Shown here one piece after another: positions 17,359-28,021 of a stretch of 64,000 nt of DNA. This DNA is from an uncultured Lentisphaerales bacterium. Its GTDB lineage: Bacteria > Verrucomicrobiota > Lentisphaeria > JABSQK01 > UBA12247. The translations under genes and the position numbers were made by a program. Every line of letters starts with the position of its first letter. The stretch's first letter is position 1. Location of the stretch: NCBI GenBank assembly GCA_943788985.1, contig CALSSJ010000013.1, forward strand, positions 40,784 to 104,783. Reading direction: 5' to 3'. Under the pieces are notes generated by a model. The model was not told the origin of the DNA. It ran no database searches and was given only the letters and a program-made list of their open reading frames with translations.

Positions 17359-20300
17359 GTGCAAATCCAGAAATGCTATCAGTCTAAAGCCCGCGGAAAG
17401 CGAGCCCTCCCCGGGGCCCTGGCCATCCTGTTTATCCTCTGCGCGTTACTGGCCAGTGAAGCGGCAGCAGCACGCAAAAAGGTCCTGTTTATCGCAGGAC
17501 ACCCCAGCCATAGCAATGGTGAACATGAGTTTCGCGCGGGCTGCATGCTGCTGGCTAAGGCGATCAATGATAGTGGCCTAGATATTGAAGCCGTGGTCCA
17601 TTCGTATGACTGGCCTAAAGATGAAAGCATCTTCGAGGGCGTCGACGCGGTGGTGATTTATGCGGATGCGGGCGGGCCGATCCGGAACAAGCTCACCTTT
17701 CTTGATGAGAAAGTAAAGGCGGGCATGGGCATCATGTTCATGCATTACGGTGTGCACCCGCCCAAACAGATTGGCCAAGACTATTTTTTGGACTGGATCG
17801 GCGGCTACTTTGAGACGGGTTGGTCGGTCAATCCCCATTGGATTGCGGACCTGGCCCCGAAGGCCAATCACCCGGTGGGCAATGGTATCGACAAGCCCGT
17901 GAAAGCCTATGACGAGTTCTATTTCAACATGCGCTTTCCCACGGATTGTGACGAGTGCTATCCGCTGGTGACGGCCAGCCCGCAACCAGATCGGATGGTG
18001 CGCTATATCAACCTCTGGAATGAACACGGCGATGCCGCCTTTGGTAAGCCACAGGCGTTGATGTGGTGCAGAGACCCGAAGAGCGGCGGACGCGGAATCG
18101 GTTTCACCGGTGGCCACTACCACAAGAACTGGGCCATTGACGACTTTCGCAAGCTGGCGCTCAACAGCATTGTCTGGCTCGCTCGTGGTGAGGTCCCCGC
18201 AACCGGCGTGCCGTCCCAGCCCCTTACCCAGGAGCACCTCAACGCGAATCTGGACCGGCCAAAGCCCGGCGAGGTCCTGCCCCTGCCGGATGGCTCAGAG
18301 TTGACCCAAAAGCCCATGGCGCGTCCGCAGGACCCGGCCAATTACGGGCGCAAGGGGAAGACCAAGCCGAAAGCGTCTAAGGCGAAGAAGAAGGCACGAA
18401 AATCCAACAAGGCCAAAGCCGCAGCGCCGGATGCCGCCTCGCCCCAGGCTTGGACGCGGCCACTGTTGAGCAGCGACAAAGAGCGATTGGTGCAGGTGGA
18501 ACTGATGGTGAAAGGCCTCAAGGAGATTTATCTAACCGTGGATGACCTGCATGAAGACAGTCATGATTGGGCGGATTGGCTAAACCCGCGGTTTGTCGAT
18601 GCCCAGGGCAAGGAGACGCTTCTCGGGCAATCGCAGATTGTCAAGGCCACGCAAGGCTGGGGAAAACTGAAACACGACATGAGCGTGGGTGGCAAGCCGC
18701 TTAAGGTCGCGGGCAAGACCTACAAACAGGGACTGGGCACGCACGCCCCGTCCAACATCGCTGTGACTGTGCCAAAGGGCGCAGTGAAATTTCTTACCTC
18801 AGTAGGGATCGACGACGGCGGTGCGCTGCGAAACGGTAAGCCGACCCCCGCTGGCATGCGCTTTGGCGTGCTCGCACAACCTTGGAGCGGAAAGAGCGCG
18901 GAGACGGCGGGCAAGCTCACCAGCAAAACGCTCGTTCCTGCGGACTACCTGACCGCGACCGGCGACCTCGAGGTCACGCTCTGGGCCAGTAGCCCACTGC
19001 TCCATAACCCGACCAACATGGACACTGATGCCGATGGCCGCATCTGGGTCGCGGAGGGCGTGAACTATCGCAGGCATGGAAATCGGGCTCCGAAAGGAGA
19101 CCGGATCGTGGTCTTGGAAGACACCAATGGCGATGGCCAGGCCGATACCTCCAGCGTCTTTGTACAAGACCCGGAGTTAGCTGCGCCGCTGGGCGTGAGC
19201 GTCTTTGGCAACAAAATTGTGGTTGCCCAACCACCCAACCTCCTGGTCTATACAGACGTCAATCACAACCGCGTATTCGAGAAAGGCATCGACACCCGCG
19301 AGGTGCTGCTGACTGGCTTCAATGCCAAGCAGCACGATCATTCCCTGCACTCGGTCACCGCTGGCCCCGACGGCCAGTGGTATCTGAACCAAGGCAATTG
19401 CGGCGCAGTCTTTACGGCTACCGACGGGAAGACCTTTCGGCTCGGCAGCCCCTATAAAGGCGGCGGTGGCGAATGGTTCGTGGATCAAAAAGCAGCGGCG
19501 GGCCAGCCCAGCGATGACGGCCATGTCTGGATTGCTGGCTTTATCGCCCGAATGAACCCCGATGGCAGTAATGTCGAAATTGTCGGCCACAACTTCCGCA
19601 ATTCGTACGAAAACACGGTCAACTCCTACGGGGAAGTCTTTCAGAACGACAATGATGACCCGCCCGCTTGCCGCACCTCCTATGTGCTGGAATACGGGAA
19701 CGCCGGCTTCTTTTCAGCAGACGGCAAGCGCACCTGGCAGGTGGATCGCCGTCCCGGCCAATCCACCCCGACCGCACACTGGCGTCAGGAAGACCCCGGC
19801 ACGATGCCGTCTGGGGATGTCTACGGGCGCGGCTCACCCACAGGAATCGCCTTTTATGAGAACGGTGCCTTGCCCACATCCTACCGCGGTACGCTGTTGA
19901 GCGGGCAGGCAGCCCTCCGCTTGATATTTGGCTACCAGCCAGAGCCCGACGGCGCTGGCTACAAACTGGAGCGCTCGCACTTCGTCGCGGCCACTGGCCC
20001 GAAGGATCCGGCTCTGCAAGGCGATAAGGTCTGGTACAACTTTCGGCCGTCGGATGTCATGGTAGGTGCAGATGGCGCGATCTATGTCGCAGATTGGTTT
20101 GACCCGGGGGTTGGCGGACACGGCGATCGTGACGCGGCAACCGCGGGTGCTATCTACCGCATCGCGCCCAAGGGCTTCAAGAGTGCCCCGAAAAAGATCG
20201 ATCTGACGACCTTGGAGGGGGCGGCCACCGCCCTGGAATCACCAGCGGTGAACGTACGCTACGGTGGCTTTGTGGCGCTCCGCGAGCGCGGCGCCGCGGC

Positions 20301-21501
20301 ACTTCCTACCGTGACTAGGTTGATGAAACACGAGAATCCCTGGATTGCGGCGCGCGGTGTCTGGTTGCTGCCGTATCTGGGCGAAGCCGGGCTGGTTCAG
20401 TGTGTTGCCTTGCTTGCCTCGGAGGATCCTTGGCTGCGGCTGACCGCGTACCGTGCGCTGCGCCGGGCCAACCGCCCTATCCTCCCCTACGCTGAGCAAT
20501 TGGCAAGCGATCCGGATCCACGTGTGGGCCGAGATGTCGCCCTTTCCTTGCGCGACGTGCCGCTGGCACAAACGGCCGAGATCTTCCTCAAACTAGCGGA
20601 CCAATGGGACGGCAAGGACCGCACCTATCTCGAGGCACTTGGCCTCGGGCTGGTCAAGCAAGAAGCTCCTTTCTGGGACATGCTAAAAGCCCGCGAGACC
20701 GCCACTGCCAAACAGTGGACGCCCGCGTTCGCACGCCTGACTTGGCGCTTACATCCGCCCGCTGCCTTGCCGTTTCTGCTGCAACGGGCCCAGGCCCTAA
20801 GCCTGAGCAGCGAGGCACGCAAACTCGCGCTCGATACGATCGCCTTTACGCCTGGACCAGAAGCCCCGCGCGCCATGCTGCAGGTCTACGGCGCTGGCGG
20901 CCCAGAGGCCGCCTATGCCAGGATGTGGCTGAATATGCGCTATTTTGGCGGTGGCTGGGATGACCTTATGCCACGCTCAGATGCGGAGGCCGCTGGCGCC
21001 ATCGCACCATTGGCAGTGATCCAACCCATCACAGTGCCACCCAAGCCGAAAGAGCCAAAGCTCCCGCCCATGAAGGAAATCCTAGCGTTGACCGGTGACA
21101 CAGCGAAGGGTAAAATGGTGGCAGCCCGCTGCTACATCTGCCACAAGTTTGACGGCAACGGGATTGCCTACGGTCCCACGCTAGACGGCTGGGGCAAAGC
21201 GCGTTCTCGCGAGGAAGTACTGCGAGCGGTCTATAATCCAGACGCCGCCATCGCACACGGCTACGACGGGTCCAAGATCCTCAGAAGAGGCAAGCCTGAG
21301 CTTCACGGCCGAGTGCTCAACCATGACGACTTTGTGTTGACCGTCCAGTCGACTGGCGGCGTCGTGCAGAAGGTCCGTAGCAAAGACGTCCATCGCATTG
21401 TCCCGCTGAAGCGCAGCCTGATGTTCTATCCCCAGCAACTGGGGCTGACGCAGGCCCAGGACTTCGCTGACCTAGTCAGCTTTCTGCGAGAGCTCAAGTA
21501 A
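17359..21501 (+). CDS. PVC-type heme-binding CxxCH protein (ThuA-like, NPCBM, glucose/sorbosone dehydrogenase-like propeller, HEAT, cytochrome c)
   Basis: KKVLFIAG..SH..GEHE; GLGTHAPS..VGIDD; NPTNMDTDADGRIWVAEGVNYR, HNFRNSYE, FRPSDVMVGADGAIYVADW; CYICH..GPTL. Confidence 0.9.
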   Translation: MQIQKCYQSKARGKRALPGALAILFILCALLASEAAAARKKVLFIAGHPSHSNGEHEFRAGCMLLAKAINDSGLDIEAVVHSYDWPKDESIFEGVDAVVIYADAGGPIRNKLTFLDEKVKAGMGIMFMHYGVHPPKQIGQDYFLDWIGGYFETGWSVNPHWIADLAPKANHPVGNGIDKPVKAYDEFYFNMRFPTDCDECYPLVTASPQPDRMVRYINLWNEHGDAAFGKPQALMWCRDPKSGGRGIGFTGGHYHKNWAIDDFRKLALNSIVWLARGEVPATGVPSQPLTQEHLNANLDRPKPGEVLPLPDGSELTQKPMARPQDPANYGRKGKTKPKASKAKKKARKSNKAKAAAPDAASPQAWTRPLLSSDKERLVQVELMVKGLKEIYLTVDDLHEDSHDWADWLNPRFVDAQGKETLLGQSQIVKATQGWGKLKHDMSVGGKPLKVAGKTYKQGLGTHAPSNIAVTVPKGAVKFLTSVGIDDGGALRNGKPTPAGMRFGVLAQPWSGKSAETAGKLTSKTLVPADYLTATGDLEVTLWASSPLLHNPTNMDTDADGRIWVAEGVNYRRHGNRAPKGDRIVVLEDTNGDGQADTSSVFVQDPELAAPLGVSVFGNKIVVAQPPNLLVYTDVNHNRVFEKGIDTREVLLTGFNAKQHDHSLHSVTAGPDGQWYLNQGNCGAVFTATDGKTFRLGSPYKGGGGEWFVDQKAAAGQPSDDGHVWIAGFIARMNPDGSNVEIVGHNFRNSYENTVNSYGEVFQNDNDDPPACRTSYVLEYGNAGFFSADGKRTWQVDRRPGQSTPTAHWRQEDPGTMPSGDVYGRGSPTGIAFYENGALPTSYRGTLLSGQAALRLIFGYQPEPDGAGYKLERSHFVAATGPKDPALQGDKVWYNFRPSDVMVGADGAIYVADWFDPGVGGHGDRDAATAGAIYRIAPKGFKSAPKKIDLTTLEGAATALESPAVNVRYGGFVALRERGAAALPTVTRLMKHENPWIAARGVWLLPYLGEAGLVQCVALLASEDPWLRLTAYRALRRANRPILPYAEQLASDPDPRVGRDVALSLRDVPLAQTAEIFLKLADQWDGKDRTYLEALGLGLVKQEAPFWDMLKARETATAKQWTPAFARLTWRLHPPAALPFLLQRAQALSLSSEARKLALDTIAFTPGPEAPRAMLQVYGAGGPEAAYARMWLNMRYFGGGWDDLMPRSDAEAAGAIAPLAVIQPITVPPKPKEPKLPPMKEILALTGDTAKGKMVAARCYICHKFDGNGIAYGPTLDGWGKARSREEVLRAVYNPDAAIAHGYDGSKILRRGKPELHGRVLNHDDFVLTVQSTGGVVQKVRSKDVHRIVPLKRSLMFYPQQLGLTQAQDFADLVSFLRELK

Positions 21502-21701
21502 GCCGGGCCTAATGCGGCGGCTCAAGCGCGCGGTTGATGTGTTCGGACTAGCGACCAGCGATTGGCGACCAACGATTTTTAAGGAGTTCGTCGATCAGTC
21601 ATCCCCGTCACCGCGTCTATTCTGCGCATCGCTGGTCGTGAGTCGCTAGTCGAAAAAAAAAGAAAACAACTGCCACCACGAGCTCCAGCACGCTCCACAC
21701 A

Positions 21702-22382
21702 ATGATGATAACATCGGTCTATATCCCCACTAACTTGGACGGCTTCATTGCTGGTGGGACGGTTGCATCGACTGGCTCGATAAAAGCGGCCTCGCAGAGA
21801 ATACCATCGTCATCTACAACCCAGCCCAGGACTTCTACCTCGGGGGCACGGCTGGAGTGATAAGCGCCTAAAGCACGAGGCATCTTTGCGAATGCCGCTT
21901 CTCATCCGCTGGCCCCAGCGCGTGAAGCCAGGCACCCGGATCAACGCCATGATACAAAATGTCGATTATGCCCCGACCTTTTTGGAGATCGCTGGCCTAC
22001 CAGCTCCAGAAGTTATCCAGGGACGCTCGCTGTTGTCGCTACGCCGGCAGACTGGCGTACCGCCATCTACTACCACTCCCCCCCCCACAGCGGTGCTTAT
22101 AACCTGCCCAAGATCGAGGGCGTCCGCGGCGACCGCTTCAAGCTGATCGGCTATTACGACCACCCGAAGCTAAAGTTGGGCGAGCAATGGGAGCTATTCG
22201 AACTTGAACAAGATCCGCAGGAACTTCACTCTCAGCATGCCAATCCAGAATTCGCAGCCCCGCGCACGTGGCTCGAAGCGGAGCTTCAGCGCCTACGCCA
22301 CGACTACGGCGTCCCAAGATTGGAAGCCTCCTCCCCTCCCCTCCTTGCAGACAAAACCTCCTGCGTCACATTCGCCAGATGA
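21702..22382 (+). pseudogene. Mosaic remnant: DHFR/RibD-like N-terminus fused to sulfatase C-terminus
   Basis: MITSVYIPTNLDGFIAG..IDWL then DKSGLAENTIVIY, LRMPLLIRWP, NVDYAPTFLE, WELFELEQDPQEL; multiple frameshifts. Confidence 0.7.
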
Positions 22383-22827
22383 ATCCGGCGCGCCCAGTCT
22401 CCCGTAACGCGCTCCGGTCCCATTTCTTCGGGGGCAGCAGGTGCTGGATCGTCTTCAACGCTTGGCTGAAGTCAAAGTGAACTGTGATACCGTTGGCCGG
22501 CTTGTAGCGTCCTAGGTCATGTCTTGGGTTGGATGCGTTATGACAGCGGATGCAGAGCTTGCAACTGCCGCGATGCCCGCGTTACATTGGCTGGGGCTGC
22601 CTACCTGTCCGGCGCCAATCCAGCCACGCTCATTTCGCCCTGATCCCTTGAATCCTGTACTCCGCCAGCCTATGTTCGCGGTAGCGCGAAAAGTCTTGCG
22701 CTTGCCGTTGCCTGAATTCGTTCCTTGAATGACAACATTCATCCCCGTCTTATTAGATAACTTTATCGGGTTGCCAGTCACTAGCCCGGCTTTCCGCGTT
22801 GTGATTGTGCACGGAGGTGCGGCGAAA

Positions 22828-23892
22828 ATGCGAGTGAATGCCCACATACAAGCGATCGGAACCGCAGTGCCCCCATGGCGCTACGATCAGCTCGAACTGG
22901 CAACCAGCCTCGCAACAATCCTGGGCGTTCCAAGGTCGAGCCGGATCCTAGCAGAGCTTGCCCGAAATACGGCAATAGCGAGCCGCTACTCCGTACTGCC
23001 CGACTTCTCGCCTACCTGCCAAGAGCCTCTGCTCTATGGCCAGGAAGCTCCTACCACCGCGACCCGCAATCGGATCTATGAGCAGTTGGCCGCACCACTA
23101 GCCGCCCGGGCCGCCAGTGCAACCCTTGCCAGCGCCAAAATCTCGGCCTGCGAGGTCACTCACCTAATTACCGTCTCCTGTACTGGCTTCTCTGCACCAG
23201 GCATCGATGTCGGCCTGATCCATTCCCTGAAACTCGCCCCACATGTGCAACGGTTTCACTTGGGTTTCATGGGCTGCTTCGCTGGTCTTCCGGCGTTGCA
23301 TCTGGCCTCTCAGATTGTCATCGCGCAGCCAGGCGCGGTGGTCCTAGTGGTTTGCTGCGAGCTGTGCTCGCTGCACTTTCAGCCAACCAACGAGCGCAAC
23401 AATCTACTCTCCGCCAGCATTTTTGCAGATGGTGCGGGGGCCGCACTAGTGAGTGCCGATCCCACGGGCCCTTTTCGCCTCGGCACCCACGGTTCAATCC
23501 TTATCCCCGACAGCACAGGTGCCATGTCCTGGCAAGTTGGCGATACCGGCTTTATCATGGGATTGTCGCGCGAAGTGCCACGACTGATCAGCGACGGACT
23601 GCGCACCCGGCTCGCCGCAGCCGACGGGCCGCTGTTTACCACCCCGGAAGCACTCATTTGGGCCGTACATCCAGGCGGCGCTGCCATCCTCGAGGCATGC
23701 GCCACCGGCCTGAGCCTCCCCACGACGGCACTGGCAAATTCCTATCGGGTCCTCCGCGACTACGGCAATCTCAGCAGCGCCACGATTCTCTTTGTGCTCA
23801 AAGAACTGCTGGCCGACAACCGAACAGGCCCCGGCTGCGCCCTCGCCTTTGGCCCCGGCCTCACAGCAAACTGGCTCACCTTTCACCGATGA
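22828..23892 (+). CDS. Type III polyketide synthase
   Basis: Cys-His-Asn triad in MGCFAG, WAVHPGG, YGNLSSAT; ELCSLHF, FADGA, AFGPGL; RBS GGAGGT upstream. Confidence 0.95.
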   Translation: MRVNAHIQAIGTAVPPWRYDQLELATSLATILGVPRSSRILAELARNTAIASRYSVLPDFSPTCQEPLLYGQEAPTTATRNRIYEQLAAPLAARAASATLASAKISACEVTHLITVSCTGFSAPGIDVGLIHSLKLAPHVQRFHLGFMGCFAGLPALHLASQIVIAQPGAVVLVVCCELCSLHFQPTNERNNLLSASIFADGAGAALVSADPTGPFRLGTHGSILIPDSTGAMSWQVGDTGFIMGLSREVPRLISDGLRTRLAAADGPLFTTPEALIWAVHPGGAAILEACATGLSLPTTALANSYRVLRDYGNLSSATILFVLKELLADNRTGPGCALAFGPGLTANWLTFHR

Positions 23893-24563
23893 ATCTCTCC
23901 CGCCGCGATGAACAGCTAGTGGAAGCGATGGACGACTCCAACTGCGACCAAGGCCTTTTTCTGCGCACTCATCGTCAGCTTGCCACCATCAATTCCCTGC
24001 TCTGCCGCTGGCGCTGGCTGTACCTACACCATATTCGGTCTCAGTGCCTACCGGGCCAAAGCTATCGCCTGCTTGATGTCGGCTGCGGCACCGGTCATCT
24101 TCTGATCACCCTGGCTGACTGGGCCCGGCAGGATCAGATCGACTTTGAACCCATCGGCATCGATCTCGACGCACGCGCTTTCGCCATCGCTGCTTCCGGT
24201 CTCACCCTCCGCCAGCAATCCATTCAAGACCTGGCAGCCGATAACGAGACGTTCGACTTTGTCGTCTGCAATCATGTCCTGCATCATTTGCCCACGAACG
24301 AAATCACTGAGTTTCTGGCTGCAATTACTGCCGTTACCCGCCGCTGTGCCATCGTCAACGACATTGCCCGCAGCAACTTCGCCTACCGCACCTTTCCGCT
24401 GGTCGGTTGCTGCTTCCGCAACAGCTGGATTCTGCCGGATGGGCTCCTCTCTATTCGCCGCAGCTTCACCCCGCATGAACTCCTCCCGCTGCTGCCGCCA
24501 GCATGGCGCATCCAGACACTGCCACCAAGCCGCCTCGTGGCACGGTATAATGCCAGCCTATGA
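23889..24563 (+). CDS. Class I SAM-dependent methyltransferase
   Basis: EAMDD, LLDVGCGTG, FDFVVCNHVLHH, DGLLSIRRSF; ATGA overlap with the PKS. Confidence 0.9.
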   Translation: MNLSRRDEQLVEAMDDSNCDQGLFLRTHRQLATINSLLCRWRWLYLHHIRSQCLPGQSYRLLDVGCGTGHLLITLADWARQDQIDFEPIGIDLDARAFAIAASGLTLRQQSIQDLAADNETFDFVVCNHVLHHLPTNEITEFLAAITAVTRRCAIVNDIARSNFAYRTFPLVGCCFRNSWILPDGLLSIRRSFTPHELLPLLPPAWRIQTLPPSRLVARYNASL

Positions 24564-25653
24564 CTTCGTCATTTGCGGGGCCGGGCCCGTCGGCCTGTAC
24601 GCAGCCTGCCTCCTGCACGCCCGCGGGCACAGCTGCTGTGTGCTCGAGAAAGACGCAGCCCTGCCGCCCCAGTCGCGCGCCATCGGCATCCATCCGCCCA
24701 GCCTGCGGCTGTTCGCCGAACTAGATCTCGCCGACCGCATCATTGCTGCCGGTTACTCGCTTGATCAGGCGCGCGTTTACGTCGATCGCCGCGAAATCAC
24801 CACGCTAGACTTCAGCGGACTCAACCATCCGTTCCCCTTCATCCTATCGTTGCCGCAAGCCAATCTTCTGCGCATCCTGCACCAGCACCTGCTTGATCTC
24901 GGGGTGCCCATTCTGTGGCAGCATGAAGTTGCCAGCCTAAGCCAGTCCAACACTGAGGTGACGGTGCAGTCGGTCCATGGCATCAGCATTAGCGGCCGAT
25001 ACCTGCTAGCCTGTGATGGTGCCCACAGTAGCATCCGCACATTCCTTGGCATCAACTGGCGCGCCACAACCTACCCCGACACCTATCTCATGGGCGACTT
25101 CCAAGACCAGACGCCCGCCGGCGCAGCTGCCGCCATTCACCTCGGCACGGACGGCCTGGTAGAGTCGTTCCCGCTGCCCGCTGGCCTGCGGCGTTGGGTA
25201 GTCCGCCAGCAAGCGCCATGTCCCCAAGCAGGATGCCAGGAGCTGCGTGCTGCTGTCGCCCAGCGAACCGGCCACACCGATCTGGGAACAGCGGATGGCG
25301 AAGCCTCGTTCTTCCGCGTCCACGGCTGCTCCGCCGACACGCTCTATCAAAACCGAGTCATTCTCCTCGGCGATGCTGCCCATGTAGTTAGTCCCATCGG
25401 CGGCCAAGGCATGAATCTGGGCTGGCTCCGGGCCCATAAGCTTCTCAACGACTTCACTCCCGGCAACCTCCCCGAATGGCAGCAAACCACCCTCCGCTTC
25501 GCCGATCGCATCCGCCGTCAGGCAGTCTGGAACATGCGCCTGGGGCGCCCTCAATCCAGCCCGCGCCTCCTCGCCTGCCTTCTCCGCCTCTACTTCGGAC
25601 CACTGTTCGTTGCCAGTTTTCGGCGCCGCTTCACCATGACGCAGCGCCGTTGA
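24550..25653 (+). CDS. FAD-dependent monooxygenase
   Basis: GAGPVGL, ACDGAHSSIR, LLGDAAHVVSPIGGQGMNLG. Confidence 0.93.
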   Translation: MPAYDFVICGAGPVGLYAACLLHARGHSCCVLEKDAALPPQSRAIGIHPPSLRLFAELDLADRIIAAGYSLDQARVYVDRREITTLDFSGLNHPFPFILSLPQANLLRILHQHLLDLGVPILWQHEVASLSQSNTEVTVQSVHGISISGRYLLACDGAHSSIRTFLGINWRATTYPDTYLMGDFQDQTPAGAAAAIHLGTDGLVESFPLPAGLRRWVVRQQAPCPQAGCQELRAAVAQRTGHTDLGTADGEASFFRVHGCSADTLYQNRVILLGDAAHVVSPIGGQGMNLGWLRAHKLLNDFTPGNLPEWQQTTLRFADRIRRQAVWNMRLGRPQSSPRLLACLLRLYFGPLFVASFRRRFTMTQRR

Positions 25654-25659
25654 AAGCAA

Positions 25660-26007
25660 GTTGCCCCCCGTTGCCTGCGAACATCGCAAAAAGTTCGAAC
25701 CCCGCCAGATCCTTGGTTTCAGCCGAAAAACAGTAGAGTTTGGCTTTTCGCCGATAAATACCTGGTGGTCAAACACAAACTTCTCTTGCTCGCCAAAGAT
25801 GCCGGCGGCAACAATGTGCTGCTGCGTGGCCTTAAGGCGATAGAAAAGGCGGCTGCCGCAGACACTGCACAATCCACGTTCGGCCCACAGCGACGAGTCG
25901 AACACCGAGACACCGCCTTGGATTGTAACATTCGTGCCCCCATCCAACGCCATAAACGGCCCAACACCCCAGCGTCGCCCCGATGCGAATCTTGCTTCAA
26001 CCGCCAT
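25660..26007 (-). pseudogene. GFA/CENP-V family remnant
   Basis: RRWGVGPFMAL, SSLWAERGLCSVCGSRLFYR, QVFIGEKP; N-terminal Cys motif missing; frameshift. Confidence 0.75.
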
Positions 26008-26253
26008 CCCGATCTGCTTGGTCGCTCGCAGTATGGCTATCGTTCAGGCAACTCCAGCCCCGCCAAGGAAGTCCAGCAAGAGCCATAAAGCTCATCAAAT
26101 ACCGAAGGAAGCTAGCGGATGACGGAAAGCGAAGCGAGGAGCACATCGCAGACCTACTCAAGGTGAGAACATCAGCAGAACTCACGATGCAGGCTATCAT
26201 CCCGGCGTAAAGTCTTTATTGCCATTCCTCAATTGAGAAGATGTGCCATCGGT

Positions 26254-27183
26254 TCAGCAAATCATGCCTTTCTTGGCATTGGCCCCGTGTCCTACAGGGG
26301 CAGCGCCAATCCAGCGCTCGTCTGCAGGCTCCGAGGCAAGCTGGTACCTTGAATCGGTTGAAAGCCTAAAGCGGCTGGTATGGTTGTCGGCCGAGGCGTG
26401 CAAGGTATGCATGCCAAACGTTAGGATATCCCCGGCCTGAAACTCGGTGCTCAACCAGCGCTGCTTGAATCGAGACTGAAGCTTGATTGTGTCAGGATCG
26501 AAGATACCTGCGCTTTTGTCGGCGCGCCAAGCCGGCAGGTTCGCTGCGTTTTCAGCTGCGGTGGGCTTCGTCTCACAGTAGGTGTCCACATCATTGGTCC
26601 AGTAGTCTGCCAGCAGGTCCTCCCGAGTGTGAGAGTTCTCCAGAATCATCAAGCCACCCAGCTCGTAAGGCACATCCATTAGCGGCGTCCACGTCGTATA
26701 GAGATCCGGTGTGCCACGGCCCATATACACGGTATCGCAGTGTGGTGGCGTGTTCCGCCCTGCGGTACCATTCCGGAACCAGGTAAAGTCGAAATGGCGG
26801 ACCGAATCGCCCAGAAACCGCGCCCAAAAGCTCATCATCTCTGCTTCGTACAGCAGTTGGAATACTTCCGGCACGCCATTGGCGATCGCCACAGTATTGA
26901 CTGCTGGCTTGCCGGAGCGGACCTGCCCTTCTACGCGACGGGCGGCAGGATCGAGGCACCCGAGCCGATCAAGTTGCTCCAACATGGCATCACGAGCAGC
27001 GGCCACTCGCGTCGTGTCGAGCAAGCCGGGGAGGTAAAGATAGCCATCACCCACCATACGCTCACGTAGCGCGTCCACATCGTCTTGAACATCGTCTGAG
27101 CGTCTCAACTCTCCAAATGCCCCCGGAAGTTCGGTGAGGTAGGTGCCGTCGATACTGGGGCCTGTTTTTGAATCTATATCCAT
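26254..27183 (-). CDS. Phytanoyl-CoA dioxygenase family (Fe/2OG) protein
   Basis: DGYLYLPG, PPHCD (HxD), WTPL, GGLMILENSH, GDIL..HTLHAS, RLSTDSRYQ. Confidence 0.9.
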   Translation of the reverse strand: MDIDSKTGPSIDGTYLTELPGAFGELRRSDDVQDDVDALRERMVGDGYLYLPGLLDTTRVAAARDAMLEQLDRLGCLDPAARRVEGQVRSGKPAVNTVAIANGVPEVFQLLYEAEMMSFWARFLGDSVRHFDFTWFRNGTAGRNTPPHCDTVYMGRGTPDLYTTWTPLMDVPYELGGLMILENSHTREDLLADYWTNDVDTYCETKPTAAENAANLPAWRADKSAGIFDPDTIKLQSRFKQRWLSTEFQAGDILTFGMHTLHASADNHTSRFRLSTDSRYQLASEPADERWIGAAPVGHGANAKKGMIC

Positions 27184-27312
27184 TGTGGCATCCTTCTAAA
27201 TAGTGCGGCACATACCAATACAAAGAAAGTTGAGCATTGTAAACCGTGCATCCATGCCGAATTTGGCCAAAATCATGAGTAATTTGGTAGACCTGAGTCA
27301 AAACTCGGTCAG

Positions 27313-27950
27313 CTACTTGAGCGACGGCGCAAAGCGCCCTCTCTTCCGTAGCATCGCCGGCGACCCGTCGGCGACAAAAGCCGACGTGGGCGCGCTGTTA
27401 AGGAAGGCAGGAAACTCGATCATAGAAACTGCTGAGGTCTTCCTCGGCCAGATAACTTGAGGCAGGCCAAACCCTCCACTGGGGATGTTCGACGTGGTAC
27501 TCAACCGTGCCACCATCGCGTTGTATTGAGTACCCCCTGTAGTGCTCGGCGATGAATTTCTCCTCGGAGCAAGTATCGAAAAACGCAGCCTCTCCCGAAC
27601 ACTGGGCACCAATTAACAACCAGTCGCCGCGATACTGCCAGCCGTATTCAAGGCTACGCACACCGTTGTTTTTCCGCTCGTTCGTATCCTGTTGGGCAAG
27701 CGAAGTTATTCTCATTGTGGAGCCAGCGCGCCGCGGAAGCAATGGCGAGGCGCGAGACAACTTCCTTGATGAAGACGACACCGCGCCACCAGCCATCCGG
27801 CCCCTTCGCACGCACAGAAAAGCGAAGGTTTATCTCTTCGAAATCACGATGCAGGGGATCGGCACGCCCTTCACCCGCGTCTTCAAAAAGGAGAACGCGA
27901 CCAAGCTTACGAAGGTGGTGCAATTCCAGCTATCCAGCTCTATGCCTTTG
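27313..27950 (-). pseudogene. DUF2071/YqjF family remnant
   Basis: FEEINLRF, RGVVFIKE, FIAEHYRGY, EYHVEHPQW, SAFVADGS spread over three frames. Confidence 0.8.
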
Positions 27951-28021
27951 GGGATGTGGGGGCCAGGGATCGCCGGATCGACCGCATAACGAGGTCACGC
28001 CACTCGGCAGAATATTTCTCT

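Noticed and set aside
23352..23888. Long N-terminal extensions of the methyltransferase (and of the monooxygenase from 24145)
   Set aside because: Off-frame overlap with upstream genes; coupled starts at 23889 and 24550 fit the families.
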